A stretch of 64,000 nucleotides of DNA, taken from sequence record MK327928.1, one strand, 5' to 3'. Source of the DNA: Escherichia phage vB_EcoM_G2133. Positions 47,775-62,031 of this stretch are shown here, piece by piece. Both the position numbers and the translations under genes were made by a program. The stretch's first letter is position 1. Each line of letters opens with the position of its first letter. The notes beneath the pieces are model-generated. The model worked only from the letters and a program-made list of their open reading frames with translations. It had not been told where the DNA came from and ran no database searches.

Positions 47775-49757
47775 ATGGCAAATACCCCTGTAAATTATCA
47801 ATTAACAAGAACAGCAAATGCTATTCCCGAGATATTCGTCGGGGGTACGTTTGCTGAAATAAAACAAAACCTCATTGAATGGCTTAATGGCCAAAATGAA
47901 TTTTTGGATTATGATTTTGAAGGCTCAAGATTAAACGTTCTGTGCGACCTTTTAGCTTATAATACATTGTACATTCAGCAGTTTGGTAATGCTGCCGTGT
48001 ATGAAAGCTTTATGCGTACTGCTAACTTACGAAGTTCAGTTGTTCAGGCTGCACAAGATAATGGATATTTACCTACTTCAAAATCCGCTGCACAGACCGA
48101 AATTATGTTAACGTGTACAGATGCATTGAATAGAAATTACATTACTATTCCTCGCGGTACTCGCTTTTTAGCATATGCAAAGGATACTTCTGTTAATCCA
48201 TATAACTTCGTTTCTACCGAAGACGTTATTGCTATTCGTGATAAAAATAACCAATATTTTCCACGATTAAAATTAGCCCAGGGACGTATAGTAAGAACTG
48301 AAATCATTTATGATAAATTAACACCTATTATCATTTATGACAAAAACATAGATAGAAACCAAGTTAAACTATACGTTGATGGAGCAGAATGGATTAACTG
48401 GACAAGAAAGTCAATGGTTCATGCTGGTTCTACATCAACAATTTACTACATGCGTGAAACTATTGATGGAAACACTGAATTCTATTTTGGCGAAGGTGAA
48501 ATTTCTGTTAATGCGGCAGAAGGAGCTCTAACTGCTAACTATATTGGAGGTCTTAAACCTACCCAGAACTCTACTATTGTTATTGAGTACATCAGTACTA
48601 ACGGTGCAGATGCGAATGGTGCAGTCGGATTTTCATACGCAGATACATTAACAAATATAACTGTCATCAATATTAACGAAAATCCAAATGATGACCCAGA
48701 TTTTGTTGGGGCAGATGGCGGTGGCGATCCAGAAGATATTGAGCGTATCCGCGAATTGGGTACTATTAAACGCGAAACCCAGCAACGCTGCGTAACTGCG
48801 ACTGACTATGATACATTCGTTTCAGAGAGATTTGGTTCTATTATTCAAGCTGTGCAGACTTTCACTGATTCTACTAAACCTGGGTATGCATTTATTGCTG
48901 CTAAACCTAAATCAGGATTGTATTTAACTACTGTGCAACGTGAAGATATTAAAAATTATCTCAAAGACTATAATTTAGCGCCTATTACACCGTCAATTAT
49001 TTCTCCTAATTATCTTTTTATTAAGACTAATTTAAAAGTCACATATGCTTTAAATAAACTACAAGAATCCGAACAGTGGCTTGAAGGTCAAATAATTGAT
49101 AAAATTGATCGCTATTATACCGAAGATGTAGAAATTTTTAACTCATCTTTTGCCAAGTCTAAGATGTTAACTTACGTAGATGATGCAGATCATTCTATCA
49201 TTGGTTCATCAGCGACTATTCAAATTGTTCGTGAAGTACAAAACTTCTATAAAACGCCTGAAGCAGGTATTAAATACAATAATCAAATAAAAGATCGTTC
49301 TATGGAATCTAATACGTTTTCATTTAATTCTGGACGAAAGGTTGTAAATCCTGATACCGGTTTAGAAGAAGATGTATTATATGACGTTCGTATAGTATCA
49401 ACAGACCGAGATTCTAAAGGAATTGGTAAAGTTATTATTGGTCCATTTGCTTCTGGCGATGTTACAGAAAATGAAAACATTCAGCCGTATACAGGCAACG
49501 ATTTTAACAAATTAGCAAATTCTGATGGACGCGACAAATACTATGTTATCGGTGAAATAAATTATCCAGCTGACATGATTTATTGGAATATCGCTAAAAT
49601 TAATTTAACATCTGAAAAATTTGAAGTTCAGACTATTGAATTATATTCTGACCCAACCGATGATGTTATCTTTACTCGCGATGGTTCACTGATTGTATTT
49701 GAAAATGACTTACGTCCACAATACTTAACTATCGATTTGGAGCCTATATCACAATGA
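47775..49757 (+). CDS. 6: Baseplate wedge protein gp6
   Basis: 660 aa; size and order match T4 gp6. Confidence 0.88.
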   Translation: MANTPVNYQLTRTANAIPEIFVGGTFAEIKQNLIEWLNGQNEFLDYDFEGSRLNVLCDLLAYNTLYIQQFGNAAVYESFMRTANLRSSVVQAAQDNGYLPTSKSAAQTEIMLTCTDALNRNYITIPRGTRFLAYAKDTSVNPYNFVSTEDVIAIRDKNNQYFPRLKLAQGRIVRTEIIYDKLTPIIIYDKNIDRNQVKLYVDGAEWINWTRKSMVHAGSTSTIYYMRETIDGNTEFYFGEGEISVNAAEGALTANYIGGLKPTQNSTIVIEYISTNGADANGAVGFSYADTLTNITVININENPNDDPDFVGADGGGDPEDIERIRELGTIKRETQQRCVTATDYDTFVSERFGSIIQAVQTFTDSTKPGYAFIAAKPKSGLYLTTVQREDIKNYLKDYNLAPITPSIISPNYLFIKTNLKVTYALNKLQESEQWLEGQIIDKIDRYYTEDVEIFNSSFAKSKMLTYVDDADHSIIGSSATIQIVREVQNFYKTPEAGIKYNNQIKDRSMESNTFSFNSGRKVVNPDTGLEEDVLYDVRIVSTDRDSKGIGKVIIGPFASGDVTENENIQPYTGNDFNKLANSDGRDKYYVIGEINYPADMIYWNIAKINLTSEKFEVQTIELYSDPTDDVIFTRDGSLIVFENDLRPQYLTIDLEPISQ

Positions 49758-52700
49758 CAGTAAAAGCACCTTCAGTCACTAGTCTCAGAATTTCCAAGTT
49801 ATCCGCTAATCAGGTGCAAGTACGCTGGGATGACGTTGGTGCTAATTTCTACTATTTTGTAGAAATCGCTGAGACAAAATCAAACTCGGGAAAAAATCTC
49901 CCGAGTAATCAATATCGTTGGATTAATTTAGGATATACAGCAAATAATAGTTTCTTTTTTGATGATGCTGATCCATTGACATCATATGTTATTAGAGTAG
50001 CTACAGCTGCGCAAGATTTTGAGCAGTCTGATTGGATTTATACCGAAGAGTTTGAAACTTTTGCTACAAATGCTTATACATTTCAAAACATGATTGAAAT
50101 GCAATTAGCCAATAAATTCATTCAGGAAAAATTTACTCTTAATAATTCTGATTATGTTAATTTCAATAATGACACAATAATGGCTGCGTTGATGAATGAA
50201 TCATTTCAGTTCAGCCCATCGTATGCTGATGTCTCATCAATCAGTAATTTTATTATTGGTGAAAACGAGTATCATGAAATACAAGGTTCTATCCAGCAAG
50301 TATGTAAGGATATTAACCGAGTTTATTTGATGGAATCAGAAGGGATTCTATATCTTTTTGAGCGTTATCAACCCGTAGTTAAAGTATCAAATGATAAAGG
50401 ACAAACTTGGAAAGCTGTAAAGCTCTTCAATGACCGTGTAGGATATCCTTTATCTAAGACTGTATATTACCAATCTGCAAACACAACATACGTTCTAGGA
50501 TACGATAAGATTTTCTATGGCCGTAAATCGACTGACGTTAGATGGTCAGCAGATGATGTCAGATTCAGTTCACAGGATATAACATTTGCTAAATTAGGAG
50601 ACCAACTTCATTTGGGATTCGATGTTGAAATCTTCGCTACTTATGCGACTTTACCAGCGAATGTATATCGTATAGCTGAAGCCATTACTTGTACGGATGA
50701 TTATATCTATGTTGTTGCCAGAGATAAAGTTAGATATATAAAAACGAGTAATGCACCTATAGATTCTGACCCGTTATCACCAACATACTCGGAAAGACTT
50801 TTTGAACCTGATACAATGACTATAACTGGAAATCCTAAAGCTGTATGCTATAAAATGGATTCTATTGGTGATAAAGTTTTTGCTCTTATTATTGGTGAAG
50901 TTGAAACATTAAATGCCAATCCGAGAACTTCAAAAATAATTGATTCCGCTGATAAAGGAATATATGTTTTGAATCAAGACACGAAAACATGGAAAAGAGT
51001 TTTTGGCAACACTGAAGAAGAAAGAAGACGTATTCAACCTGGGTATGCGAATATGTCAACTGATGGTAAATTAGTTTCTCTATCTTCGAGTAATTTTAAA
51101 TTTTTAAATGATAACGTTGTTAATGACCCTGAAACTGTAGCAAAATATCAGTTAATCGGTGCCGTTAAATATGAATTTCCTCGTGAATGGTTAGCTGATA
51201 AGCATTATCATATGATGGCATTTATAGCAGATGAAAAGTCTGATTGGGAAACTTTTACGCCTCAGCCAATGAAATACTACGCAGAACCGTTCTTTAATTG
51301 GTCTAAAAAATCTAACACTCGTTGTTGGATAAACAACTCTAATAGAGCTGTAGTAGTTTATGCTGATTTAAAATACACTAAAGTTATAGAAAATATTCCA
51401 GAAACGTCACCAGATAGATTAGTGCATGAATACTGGGATGATGGCGATTGCACTATAGTAATGCCAAATGTTAAATTCACCGGATTTAAAAAATACGCAT
51501 CAGGAATGCTTTTTTATAAATCTTCTGGTGAAATAATTTCTTATTATGATTTTAACTATCGTGTGAGAGATACAGTAGAAATTATTTGGAAGCCGACTGG
51601 AGTATTTTTAAAAGCATTTTTACAAAACCAAGAGCATGAGACTCCTTGGTCGCCAGAAGAAGAGCATGGATTAGCTGACCCTGATTTAAGACCATTAATT
51701 GGCACAATGATGCCTGATTCTTATTTGTTGCAGGATTCGAATTTTGAGGCATTTTGTGAAGCATATATTCAATATCTTTCTGACGGATACGGAACTCAGT
51801 ATAATAATTTACGAAATTTAATTCGTAATCAGTATCCACGAGAAGAGCATGCGTGGGAATATTTGTGGTCAGAGATATATAAAAGAAACATTTATTTAAA
51901 TGCTGACAAACGTGATGCTGTTGCAAGATTTTTTGAATCACGTAGTTATGATTTTTATTCTACTAAAGGAATTGAAGCATCATACAAATTTCTTTTTAAA
52001 GTTCTTTATAATGAAGAAGTTGAAATTGAAATTGAATCTGGAGCTGGTACTGAATATGATATAATCGTTCAATCTGATTCTTTGACTGAGGATTTAGTAG
52101 GACAAACGATTTATACAGCTACAGGAAGATGTAATGTTACTTATATAGAAAGAAGTTATTCTAATGGTAAATTGCAATGGACCGTGACTATACATAATCT
52201 TTTGGGGCGTTTAATAGCAGGGCAAGAAGTTAAAGCAGAAAGACTTCCTAGTTTTGAAGGCGAAATTATTCGTGGGGTTAAAGGAAAGGATTTGCTTCAA
52301 AATAATATAGACTATATTAATAGAAGTCGATCATATTATGTAATGAAAATTAAATCCAATTTACCTTCTTCTCGTTGGAAATCTGACGTTATTCGTTTTG
52401 TTCATCCAGTAGGATTTGGATTTATAGCAATCACGCTTTTAACTATGTTTATTAATGTCGGTTTAACTCTTAAACACACAGAGACAATAATTAATAAATA
52501 TAAAAACTACAAATGGGATTCTGGATTGCCTACTGAATATGCTGATAGAGTAGCTAAATTAACTCCAACTGGCGAAATTGAACATGATTCAGTAACAGGA
52601 GAAGCAATTTATGAACCTGGCCCAATGGCTGGTGTAAAATATCCTCTTCCTGATGACTATAATGCTGAAAATAATAATTCAATATTTCAAGGTCAATTGC

Positions 52701-52852
52701 CTTCTGAACGACGCAAGTTAATGAGTCCTCTATTTGACGCATCTGGAACAACATTTGCACAGTTTAGGGATTTAGTTAATAAACGTCTAAAAGATAATAT
52801 AGGAAATCCAAGAGACCCTGAAAATCCAACACAGGTTAAAATAGATGAATGA
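49754..52852 (+). CDS. 7: Baseplate wedge initiator gp7
   Basis: 1032 aa; size and order match T4 gp7. Confidence 0.88.
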   Translation: MTVKAPSVTSLRISKLSANQVQVRWDDVGANFYYFVEIAETKSNSGKNLPSNQYRWINLGYTANNSFFFDDADPLTSYVIRVATAAQDFEQSDWIYTEEFETFATNAYTFQNMIEMQLANKFIQEKFTLNNSDYVNFNNDTIMAALMNESFQFSPSYADVSSISNFIIGENEYHEIQGSIQQVCKDINRVYLMESEGILYLFERYQPVVKVSNDKGQTWKAVKLFNDRVGYPLSKTVYYQSANTTYVLGYDKIFYGRKSTDVRWSADDVRFSSQDITFAKLGDQLHLGFDVEIFATYATLPANVYRIAEAITCTDDYIYVVARDKVRYIKTSNAPIDSDPLSPTYSERLFEPDTMTITGNPKAVCYKMDSIGDKVFALIIGEVETLNANPRTSKIIDSADKGIYVLNQDTKTWKRVFGNTEEERRRIQPGYANMSTDGKLVSLSSSNFKFLNDNVVNDPETVAKYQLIGAVKYEFPREWLADKHYHMMAFIADEKSDWETFTPQPMKYYAEPFFNWSKKSNTRCWINNSNRAVVVYADLKYTKVIENIPETSPDRLVHEYWDDGDCTIVMPNVKFTGFKKYASGMLFYKSSGEIISYYDFNYRVRDTVEIIWKPTGVFLKAFLQNQEHETPWSPEEEHGLADPDLRPLIGTMMPDSYLLQDSNFEAFCEAYIQYLSDGYGTQYNNLRNLIRNQYPREEHAWEYLWSEIYKRNIYLNADKRDAVARFFESRSYDFYSTKGIEASYKFLFKVLYNEEVEIEIESGAGTEYDIIVQSDSLTEDLVGQTIYTATGRCNVTYIERSYSNGKLQWTVTIHNLLGRLIAGQEVKAERLPSFEGEIIRGVKGKDLLQNNIDYINRSRSYYVMKIKSNLPSSRWKSDVIRFVHPVGFGFIAITLLTMFINVGLTLKHTETIINKYKNYKWDSGLPTEYADRVAKLTPTGEIEHDSVTGEAIYEPGPMAGVKYPLPDDYNAENNNSIFQGQLPSERRKLMSPLFDASGTTFAQFRDLVNKRLKDNIGNPRDPENPTQVKIDE

Positions 52853-53849
52853 TTCAAGTGTTATCTATCGTGCGATAGTTACTTCAAAATTTAGAACAGA
52901 AAAAATGTTGAATTTTTATAATTCAATTGGAAGTGGTCCGGATAAAAACACTATCTTTATCACATTTGGAAGATCAGAACCGTGGTCATCAAATGAAAAT
53001 GAGGTGGGATTTGCCCCACCTTATCCAACCGATTCTGTATTAGGTGTAACTGATATGTGGACACATATGATGGGAACCGTAAAAGTTCTTCCATCTATGC
53101 TTGATGCAGTTATTCCTCGTCGAGATTGGGGAGATACTAGATATCCGGATCCATACACATTTAGAATTAATGATATTGTAGTGTGCAACTCAGCTCCTTA
53201 CAACGCTACTGAATCAGGCGCGGGATGGTTAGTGTATCGCTGTTTAGATGTTCCTGATACTGGAATGTGCTCAATAGCATCTTTAACTAATAAGGATGAA
53301 TGTCTTAAATTAGGTGGAAAATGGACTCCTTCTGCTAGGTCAATGACTCCTCCTGAAGGCCGAGGAGATGCTGAAGGAACAATTGAACCTGGCGATGGAT
53401 ATGTATGGGAATATCTTTTTGAGATTCCGCCTGATGTATCTATAAATAGATGCACGAATGAATACATCGTGGTTCCTTGGCCTGAGGAATTAAAAGAAGA
53501 CCCGACTAGATGGGGGTATGAAGATAATCTCACTTGGCAGCAAGATGATTTTGGATTAATTTACCGTGTTAAGGCAAATACTATCCGTTTTAAAGCATAT
53601 TTAGATTCAGTTTATTTTCCTGAAGCTGCATTGCCGGGAAATAAAGGATTTAGACAAATATCAATAATTACGAATCCTCTTGAAGCTAAAGCTCATCCAA
53701 ATGACCCAAATGTTAAAGCTGAAAAGGATTATTATGATCCGGAAGATTTAATGAGGCATTCGGGCGAAATGATTTATATGGAAAATAGGCCACCTATTAT
53801 TATGGCAATGGATCAGACAGAAGAAATCAATATTCTGTTTACATTTTAA
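52845..53849 (+). CDS. 8: Baseplate wedge protein gp8
   Basis: 334 aa; MNDSSVIYRAIVTSKFRTEKMLNFYNSIGSG matches T4 gp8. Confidence 0.9.
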   Translation: MNDSSVIYRAIVTSKFRTEKMLNFYNSIGSGPDKNTIFITFGRSEPWSSNENEVGFAPPYPTDSVLGVTDMWTHMMGTVKVLPSMLDAVIPRRDWGDTRYPDPYTFRINDIVVCNSAPYNATESGAGWLVYRCLDVPDTGMCSIASLTNKDECLKLGGKWTPSARSMTPPEGRGDAEGTIEPGDGYVWEYLFEIPPDVSINRCTNEYIVVPWPEELKEDPTRWGYEDNLTWQQDDFGLIYRVKANTIRFKAYLDSVYFPEAALPGNKGFRQISIITNPLEAKAHPNDPNVKAEKDYYDPEDLMRHSGEMIYMENRPPIIMAMDQTEEINILFTF

Positions 53850-53854
53850 ATTAA

Positions 53855-53880
53855 GGGAGCCCATGGGCTCCCTTTTTCTT
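53855..53880 (+). terminator. Intrinsic terminator after gene 8
   Basis: GGGAGCCC-at-GGGCTCCC perfect palindrome followed by TTTTT. Confidence 0.65.
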
Positions 53881-53888
53881 TATAAATA
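53881..53888 (+). promoter_or_regulatory. T4 late promoter (TATAAATA) for gene 9
   Basis: Exact TATAAATA 25 nt upstream of the gene 9 ATG. Confidence 0.55.
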
Positions 53889-53912
53889 CTATAAACTCAT
53901 AAGGAAACCGCT

Positions 53913-54779
53913 ATGTTCATTCAAGAACCAAAGAAATTGATTGATACCGGCGAAATTGGTAACGCTTCTACTGGTGATATCTTATTCGACGGTGGTAATA
54001 AAATTAATAGTGATTTTAACGCAATTTATAACGCGTTTGGCGATCAACGTAAAATGGCAGTAGCAAATGGCACTGGAGCAGATGGTCAAATTATCCATGC
54101 TACTGGATATTATCAAAAACACTCTATTGCAGAGTATGCAACTCCAGTAAAAGTTGGCACTAGGCATGATATTGATACCTCTACTGTAGGTGTTAAAGTT
54201 ATCATTGAAAGAGGCGAACTTGGCGACTGCGTTGAATTTATTAACTCAAATGGATCAATATCAGTTACTAATCCTTTAACGATTCAAGCTATTGATTCAA
54301 TTAAAGGCGTTTCAGGTAATTTAGTAGTAACTAGTCCATATAGTAAAGTTACCTTACGTTGTATTTCATCTGATAATTCTACGTCGGTTTGGAATTATTC
54401 TATTGAAAGTATGTTTGGTCAAAAGGAATCACCTGCTGAAGGTACATGGAATATTTCTACATCTGGATCAGTTGACATTCCACTATTTCATCGCACTGAA
54501 TACAATATGGCTAAATTGCTAGTTACGTGCCAATCAGTAGATGGAAGAAAAATTAAAACAGCAGAAATAAATATTCTTGTGGATACTGTTAATTCAGAAG
54601 TTATTTCTTCTGAGTATGCTGTCATGCGAGTTGGAAATGAAACAGAAGAAGACGAAATCGCTAATATTGCATTTAGTATTAAAGAAAATTACGTAACGGC
54701 GACTATAAGTTCTTCAACTGTCGGTATGAGAGCAGCAGTTAAAGTTATCGCTACGCAGAAAATCGGGGTGGCTCAATAA
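53913..54779 (+). CDS. 9: Baseplate wedge / long tail-fibre socket protein gp9
   Basis: 288 aa; size and order match T4 gp9. Confidence 0.88.
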   Translation: MFIQEPKKLIDTGEIGNASTGDILFDGGNKINSDFNAIYNAFGDQRKMAVANGTGADGQIIHATGYYQKHSIAEYATPVKVGTRHDIDTSTVGVKVIIERGELGDCVEFINSNGSISVTNPLTIQAIDSIKGVSGNLVVTSPYSKVTLRCISSDNSTSVWNYSIESMFGQKESPAEGTWNISTSGSVDIPLFHRTEYNMAKLLVTCQSVDGRKIKTAEINILVDTVNSEVISSEYAVMRVGNETEEDEIANIAFSIKENYVTATISSSTVGMRAAVKVIATQKIGVAQ

Positions 54780-56584
54780 TGAAACAAAATATTAATATCG
54801 GTAATGTTGTAGATGATGGTACCGGTGACTACCTGCGTAAAGGTGGTATAAAAATAAATGAAAACTTTGATGAGCTTTATTATGAACTCGGTGATGGTAA
54901 TGTTCCATATTCAGCCGGTGCCTGGAAAACTTATAATGCTTCATCTGGGCAAACATTAAAAGCTGAATGGGGAAAATCATACGCTATTAATACTTCGTCT
55001 GGAAGAGTAACACTGCAACTTCCTAAAGGAACTGTTAATGATTATAATAAAGTAATTAGAGCTAGGGATGTATTTGCAACATGGAATGTTAATCCAGTTA
55101 CTTTAGTAGCCGCTTCTGGTGATACTATCAAAGGATCATCGTCATCGGTTGAAATTAACGTTCAATTTAGTGATTTAGAGCTAGTTTATTGCGCTCCGGG
55201 TCGTTGGGAATATGTCAAAAATAAACAAATTGACAAAATTATTAGTTCAGACATTAGCAATGTAGCTCGTAAAGAATTTTTAGTCGAAGTTCAAGGACAA
55301 ACAGACTTTTTAGATATTTTCCGTGGAACTAGTTATAATGTTAATAACATCAGAGTAAAACACCGCGGTAACGAATTGTATTACGGCGATGTTTTTAGCG
55401 AAAACAGTGACTTTGGCTCTCCAGGGGAAAATGAAGGAGAATTGGTTCCTCTTGATGGATTTAATATTAGATTAAGACAGCCTTGTAATATTGGTGACAC
55501 TGTTCAAATTGAAACATTTATGGATGGTGTATCGCAGTGGAGAAGTTCATACACAAGACGTCAAATAAAAGTATTAGATTCAAAATTAACATCAAAAACT
55601 TCTTTGGAAGGAAGTATTTACGTTACTGATTTATCGACAATGAAATCAATTCCATTCTCCGCATTTGGATTAATTCCAGGAGAACCTATTAATCCTAATT
55701 CTCTTGAAGTTCGTTTTAATGGAATTTTACAACAACAAGCTGGAACAGCCGGATATCCTCTGTTTTTATGTGAAGGCGCTAATTCAGATACACAAGAAGG
55801 ATGTATATCTCTTGGTGGTGAATGGAAAGAATCAAACACAGATTATTCTATAGAATATGAAGATGGAAAACCGATCAGTCTTTTATTTGATAGAAAATTT
55901 GAATCAGGTGATATAATCGTTATAACATGGTTCAATAATGATTTAGGAACTCTTTTGGAAAAAGATGACATCATTGAATTAACTGATGAACGCTATGTTA
56001 GCAAAGGATCATCTACTGAAGTTACTGGTGACGTAGCCTTAACTGATTTTGATAAAATCGGTTGGCCAAATGTTGAAAAAGTTGATTCTTATACTAGAAC
56101 ATATAATTCAATATCATCTATTTTCGATAGCATTTATCCCATTGGTTCAATTTATGAAAATGCTATAAACCCAAATAATCCGGTGACTTATATGGGATTT
56201 GGTTCATGGAAATTATTTGGTAAAGGACAAGTTTTAGTAGGATGGAATGATGATGTTACGGATCCAAACTTTGCATTAAATAACAATGATTTAGATTCTA
56301 GCGGAAATCCTTCGCATACTGCCGGTGGAACAGTTGGAACAACATCAGTGACACTTGAGAACGCAAATCTTCCTGCGACTAAAACTGATGAAAAAGTTTT
56401 AATTGAAGATGAAAACGGATCAGTTATTATTGGAGGTTGCCAATATGACCCAGATGAAACTGGTCCTATATATACAAAATATCGTGAAGACTACGCAACA
56501 ACAAACTCTTCACATACTCCTCCTGCTAATATTAGTAATATTCAACCGTCTATTACTGTATACCGTTGGATAAGGATTGCATAA
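54779..56584 (+). CDS. 10: Baseplate wedge and tail-pin protein gp10
   Basis: 601 aa; size and order match T4 gp10. Confidence 0.88.
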   Translation: MKQNINIGNVVDDGTGDYLRKGGIKINENFDELYYELGDGNVPYSAGAWKTYNASSGQTLKAEWGKSYAINTSSGRVTLQLPKGTVNDYNKVIRARDVFATWNVNPVTLVAASGDTIKGSSSSVEINVQFSDLELVYCAPGRWEYVKNKQIDKIISSDISNVARKEFLVEVQGQTDFLDIFRGTSYNVNNIRVKHRGNELYYGDVFSENSDFGSPGENEGELVPLDGFNIRLRQPCNIGDTVQIETFMDGVSQWRSSYTRRQIKVLDSKLTSKTSLEGSIYVTDLSTMKSIPFSAFGLIPGEPINPNSLEVRFNGILQQQAGTAGYPLFLCEGANSDTQEGCISLGGEWKESNTDYSIEYEDGKPISLLFDRKFESGDIIVITWFNNDLGTLLEKDDIIELTDERYVSKGSSTEVTGDVALTDFDKIGWPNVEKVDSYTRTYNSISSIFDSIYPIGSIYENAINPNNPVTYMGFGSWKLFGKGQVLVGWNDDVTDPNFALNNNDLDSSGNPSHTAGGTVGTTSVTLENANLPATKTDEKVLIEDENGSVIIGGCQYDPDETGPIYTKYREDYATTNSSHTPPANISNIQPSITVYRWIRIA

Positions 56585-57243
56585 TGAGTTTACTTAATAA
56601 TAAAGCGGGAGTTATTTCCCGCTTAGCAGATTTTCTTGGTTTTAGAACTAAGAAAAATGATATTTCGGTTATGAATAATCAGCCGGTAGGTGCTGTAACA
56701 ATTTCACAAATAGCAAAAGGTTTTTATGACCCAAATGTAGAATCTGCTATCAATGATGTTAGAAATATGGCAGAGCAACAGGTTGGAGCTGTATTAGTTA
56801 ATATAAGTGGCGTATCTCCTACTGGCGTGCAACAAACCGACTATTGGTCATTTGAAGGAACTGTTACTGATACTTCAGCTAAACCAGGTGACCCAGTTAT
56901 TGTTAATATGTTTGGCATTCCTGTTAAAGCTACTAATGGAATGACTTCAATCGAATTTACCAGTGCCGTTAGAACAGCTCTGCAGGAAATGGTTGCAAAA
57001 TTTATCGCAATTGATTCATTTGAAGACCATCCTACCATAGGAAATAAAATACAAGTTAAGTATTTAGATAACCAAGAACATATCTTAGAACAATACTCTG
57101 ATAAAGGAATTACTTTCAAACAGGAAATAATTTCTCCTTCTAAACCTGGGTATGGAACTTGGCAATTATTAGGTGCGCAAACTGTTACGCTAGATAGTCA
57201 CACCCAACCTACAGTATTTTATTATTTTGAGAGAATAGCATGA
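56584..57243 (+). CDS. 11: Baseplate wedge and tail-pin protein gp11
   Basis: 219 aa from the ATG at 56584 (track start is TTG); matches T4 gp11. Confidence 0.88.
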   Translation: MSLLNNKAGVISRLADFLGFRTKKNDISVMNNQPVGAVTISQIAKGFYDPNVESAINDVRNMAEQQVGAVLVNISGVSPTGVQQTDYWSFEGTVTDTSAKPGDPVIVNMFGIPVKATNGMTSIEFTSAVRTALQEMVAKFIAIDSFEDHPTIGNKIQVKYLDNQEHILEQYSDKGITFKQEIISPSKPGYGTWQLLGAQTVTLDSHTQPTVFYYFERIA

Positions 57244-58790
57244 GTAACAATACATATCAGCACGTATCAAATGAATCAAAATACGTTAAATTCGATCCTG
57301 CAGGATCGAATTTTCCTGACACTGTCACGACAGTGCAGTCAGCATTATCAAAAATAAGTAATATCGGCGTAAATGGTATTCCTGATGCAACTATGGAAGT
57401 TAAAGGAATAGCAATGATTGCATCGGAGCAAGAGGTTTTAGATGGAACTAATAATTCTAAAATCGTTACACCAGCTACATTAGCAACAAGATTATTGTAT
57501 CCAAATGCTACTGAAACTAAATATGGATTAACGCGCTATTCAACAAATGAAGAAACTTTAGAAGGCTCAGATAATAATTCATCAATAACGCCGCAAAAAC
57601 TGAAATACCATACTGACGATGTATTCCAAAATAGGTATTCATCTGAATCATCAAATGGAGTTATTAAAATATCATCTACTCCTGCGGCTTTGGCTGGTAT
57701 AGATGATACTACGGCGATGACTCCGTTGAAAACCCAAAAACTCGCAATAAAATTAATTTCGCAAATAGCTCCTTCAGAAGACACAGCATCAGAATCTGTT
57801 AGAGGTGTAGTTCAGTTATCAACTGTCGCTCAAACTCGTCAAGGAACTCTCCGCGAAGGATATGCAATTTCTCCGTATACCTTTATGAATTCTGTTGCAA
57901 CACAAGAATATAAGGGTGTTATACGTTTAGGAACACAATCAGAAATTAACAGTAATTTGGGAGATGTTGCAGTAACAGGTGAAACATTAAATGGTCGAGG
58001 AGCTACCGGTTCTATGCGTGGGGTAGTAAAATTAACGACGCAAGCCGGTATTGCCCCTGAAGGTGATAGCTCTGGAGCATTAGCATGGAACGCAGATGTA
58101 ATTAATACTCGCGGTGGACAAACTATTAATGGTTCTTTAAATTTAGATCATTTAACAGCAAATGGAATTTGGTCGCGCGGCGGAATGTGGAAAAATGGCG
58201 ATCAACCTGTTGCCACTGAAAGATATGCGTCCGAAAGGGTTCCAGTTGGAACTATTATGATGTTTGCTGGAGATTCAGCTCCTCCTGGTTGGATTATGTG
58301 TCATGGTGGAACTGTGTCAGGAGATCAATATCCTGATTATAGAAACACAGTTGGAACAAGATTTGGTGGGGATTGGAATAATCCAGGGATTCCTGATATG
58401 CGAGGTCTTTTCGTCAGAGGAGCGGGCACAGGTGGTCATATTTTAAATCAACGAGGACAAGATGGTTATGGGAAGGATAGACTTGGTGTAGGATGTGATG
58501 GAATGCATGTTGGTGGTGTTCAAGCGCAACAAATGTCATACCATAAACACGCTGGTGGTTGGGGAGAACATAACAGAAGTGAAGGTCCATTTGGCGCGTC
58601 TGTTTATCAAGGATATCTTGGAACTAGAAAATATGCCGACTGGGATAACGCTTCATACTTCACCAATGATGGATTTGAATTAGGTGGACCGAGAGATGCC
58701 CTTGGTACACTTAATCGTGAAGGATTAATTGGTTATGAAACTAGACCATGGAATATATCATTAAACTATATTATTAAAATTCATTACTAA
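57240..58790 (+). CDS. 12: Short tail fibre gp12
   Basis: 516 aa; Gly/Thr/Ser-rich fibre sequence in the gp12 position. Confidence 0.85.
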   Translation: MSNNTYQHVSNESKYVKFDPAGSNFPDTVTTVQSALSKISNIGVNGIPDATMEVKGIAMIASEQEVLDGTNNSKIVTPATLATRLLYPNATETKYGLTRYSTNEETLEGSDNNSSITPQKLKYHTDDVFQNRYSSESSNGVIKISSTPAALAGIDDTTAMTPLKTQKLAIKLISQIAPSEDTASESVRGVVQLSTVAQTRQGTLREGYAISPYTFMNSVATQEYKGVIRLGTQSEINSNLGDVAVTGETLNGRGATGSMRGVVKLTTQAGIAPEGDSSGALAWNADVINTRGGQTINGSLNLDHLTANGIWSRGGMWKNGDQPVATERYASERVPVGTIMMFAGDSAPPGWIMCHGGTVSGDQYPDYRNTVGTRFGGDWNNPGIPDMRGLFVRGAGTGGHILNQRGQDGYGKDRLGVGCDGMHVGGVQAQQMSYHKHAGGWGEHNRSEGPFGASVYQGYLGTRKYADWDNASYFTNDGFELGGPRDALGTLNREGLIGYETRPWNISLNYIIKIHY

Positions 58791-58799
58791 GGATTACAA

Positions 58800-60257
58800 A
58801 TGATTGAATTAAAAGATTTACCTTTTGTTGATAGCGTTCCTGGCGAAGGTCAGGAACGTATTTCATGGATTAAAAATGGTGAAGAAATACTAGGAGCTAG
58901 TACTAAGTATGGAAACGATGGATCAATGAATAGACCAACTGTTTCCGTGTTTAAAAATGTCGAAGTTCTTGATGAAAATGTGGGAATTCTTAAAACTGCC
59001 GTTGAAACATCGCAGGAAGATATTAAAACAATTCAAGGCATTTTAGATGTATCAGGAGATATAGAAGCACTATCGCAGATCAGCGTTAATAAAAATGATA
59101 TATCAAATTTAAAGACACTCACAAATGAACACACTGATATATTAAATGGTACAAATACCACAGTTGACCGCATTCTTTCTGATATAGGTCCATTTAATGA
59201 GCAAGCAAATTCAGTTTATAGAACGATTAGAAATGATTTGCTGTGGATTAAAAGGGAATTAGGGCAATATGCTGGGCAAGATATTAATGGTCTTCCTGTT
59301 GTAGGAAATAACAGCACGGGAATGAAGCACCGCATCATTAATAATACAGATGCTATAACTTCCCAAGGAATACGTCTAAGTGATTTGGAAGAAAAATTTA
59401 TTGAATCTGATGTAGGTTCGCTTACAATCGAAGTAGGAAATCTTAGACAGGAATTAGGACAAAGACCATCTTCATTTAGTGAAAGCATATATTCACGTGT
59501 GCATAATTTAGATCAAGCACAAATTGATCTAAATTCTGAAATTAAATTTATAAAAACTTCTATTGGATATCCAGGAAATACTTCTATAATCACAGATGTC
59601 AATGTCAATAGTCAAGAAATTTCAGCTTTAAATGATGAACTAAATAAAAGCGGAGGTGTTAAACAACGATTAACTATTATCGAAACATCGATTGGTTCAG
59701 ATGATATTCCTTCTAGTATTAAAGGTCGAATTAAAGATAATACTACTTCTATTGAATCTTTAAATGGAATTGTAGGTGAAAACACCTCGTCTGGTTTAAG
59801 AGCCAATGTTTCATGGTTAAACCAAATTGTTGGAACTGATTCTAGCGGTGGACAACCTTCTCCTCCTGGGTCTCTTTTAAATAGAATTTCAACAGTTGAA
59901 ACTTCCGTTAATAGATTGAACAATGATGTTCAAAACTTACAAGTTGAAATTGGTAATAACAATTCCGGAATTAAAGGACAAGTTGTAGCATTAAATAAAT
60001 TAGTAAATGGAACAAATCCAAATGGTTCAACTGTCGAAGAACGCGGATTGACTAATTCAATAAAAGCTAATGAGACTAACATTGCTTCAATTAATCAAGA
60101 GATTCGTAGCATTAAAAGCGATGTATCTTCATTACAAAGGGATGTCCAGACTTTACAGGAAGCCGGTTATATTCCTGAAGCTCCAAGAGATGGGCAAGCT
60201 TACGTTCGTAAAGACGGCGAATGGGTATTGCTTTCTACCTTTTTATCACCAGCATAA
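58800..60257 (+). CDS. wac: Fibritin (whisker antigen control, wac) with C-terminal foldon
   Basis: 485 aa; coiled-coil heptads; C-terminus [27 protein letters not shown] is the canonical foldon. Confidence 0.92.
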   Translation: MIELKDLPFVDSVPGEGQERISWIKNGEEILGASTKYGNDGSMNRPTVSVFKNVEVLDENVGILKTAVETSQEDIKTIQGILDVSGDIEALSQISVNKNDISNLKTLTNEHTDILNGTNTTVDRILSDIGPFNEQANSVYRTIRNDLLWIKRELGQYAGQDINGLPVVGNNSTGMKHRIINNTDAITSQGIRLSDLEEKFIESDVGSLTIEVGNLRQELGQRPSSFSESIYSRVHNLDQAQIDLNSEIKFIKTSIGYPGNTSIITDVNVNSQEISALNDELNKSGGVKQRLTIIETSIGSDDIPSSIKGRIKDNTTSIESLNGIVGENTSSGLRANVSWLNQIVGTDSSGGQPSPPGSLLNRISTVETSVNRLNNDVQNLQVEIGNNNSGIKGQVVALNKLVNGTNPNGSTVEERGLTNSIKANETNIASINQEIRSIKSDVSSLQRDVQTLQEAGYIPEAPRDGQAYVRKDGEWVLLSTFLSPA

Positions 60258-60260
60258 CAT

Positions 60261-60276
60261 GGGGCCGCAAGGCCCC
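60261..60276 (+). other. Stem-loop GGGGCC-gcaa-GGCCCC between wac and 13
   Basis: 6-bp GC stem with a GNRA loop; no U-tract. Confidence 0.4.
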
Positions 60277-60288
60277 AAAGGATTTTAA

Positions 60289-61990
<1,702 letters not shown>

Positions 61991-62031
61991 TAAATATTAT
62001 AAACTAATTAAAGCCCAGATTAGGAGAAATC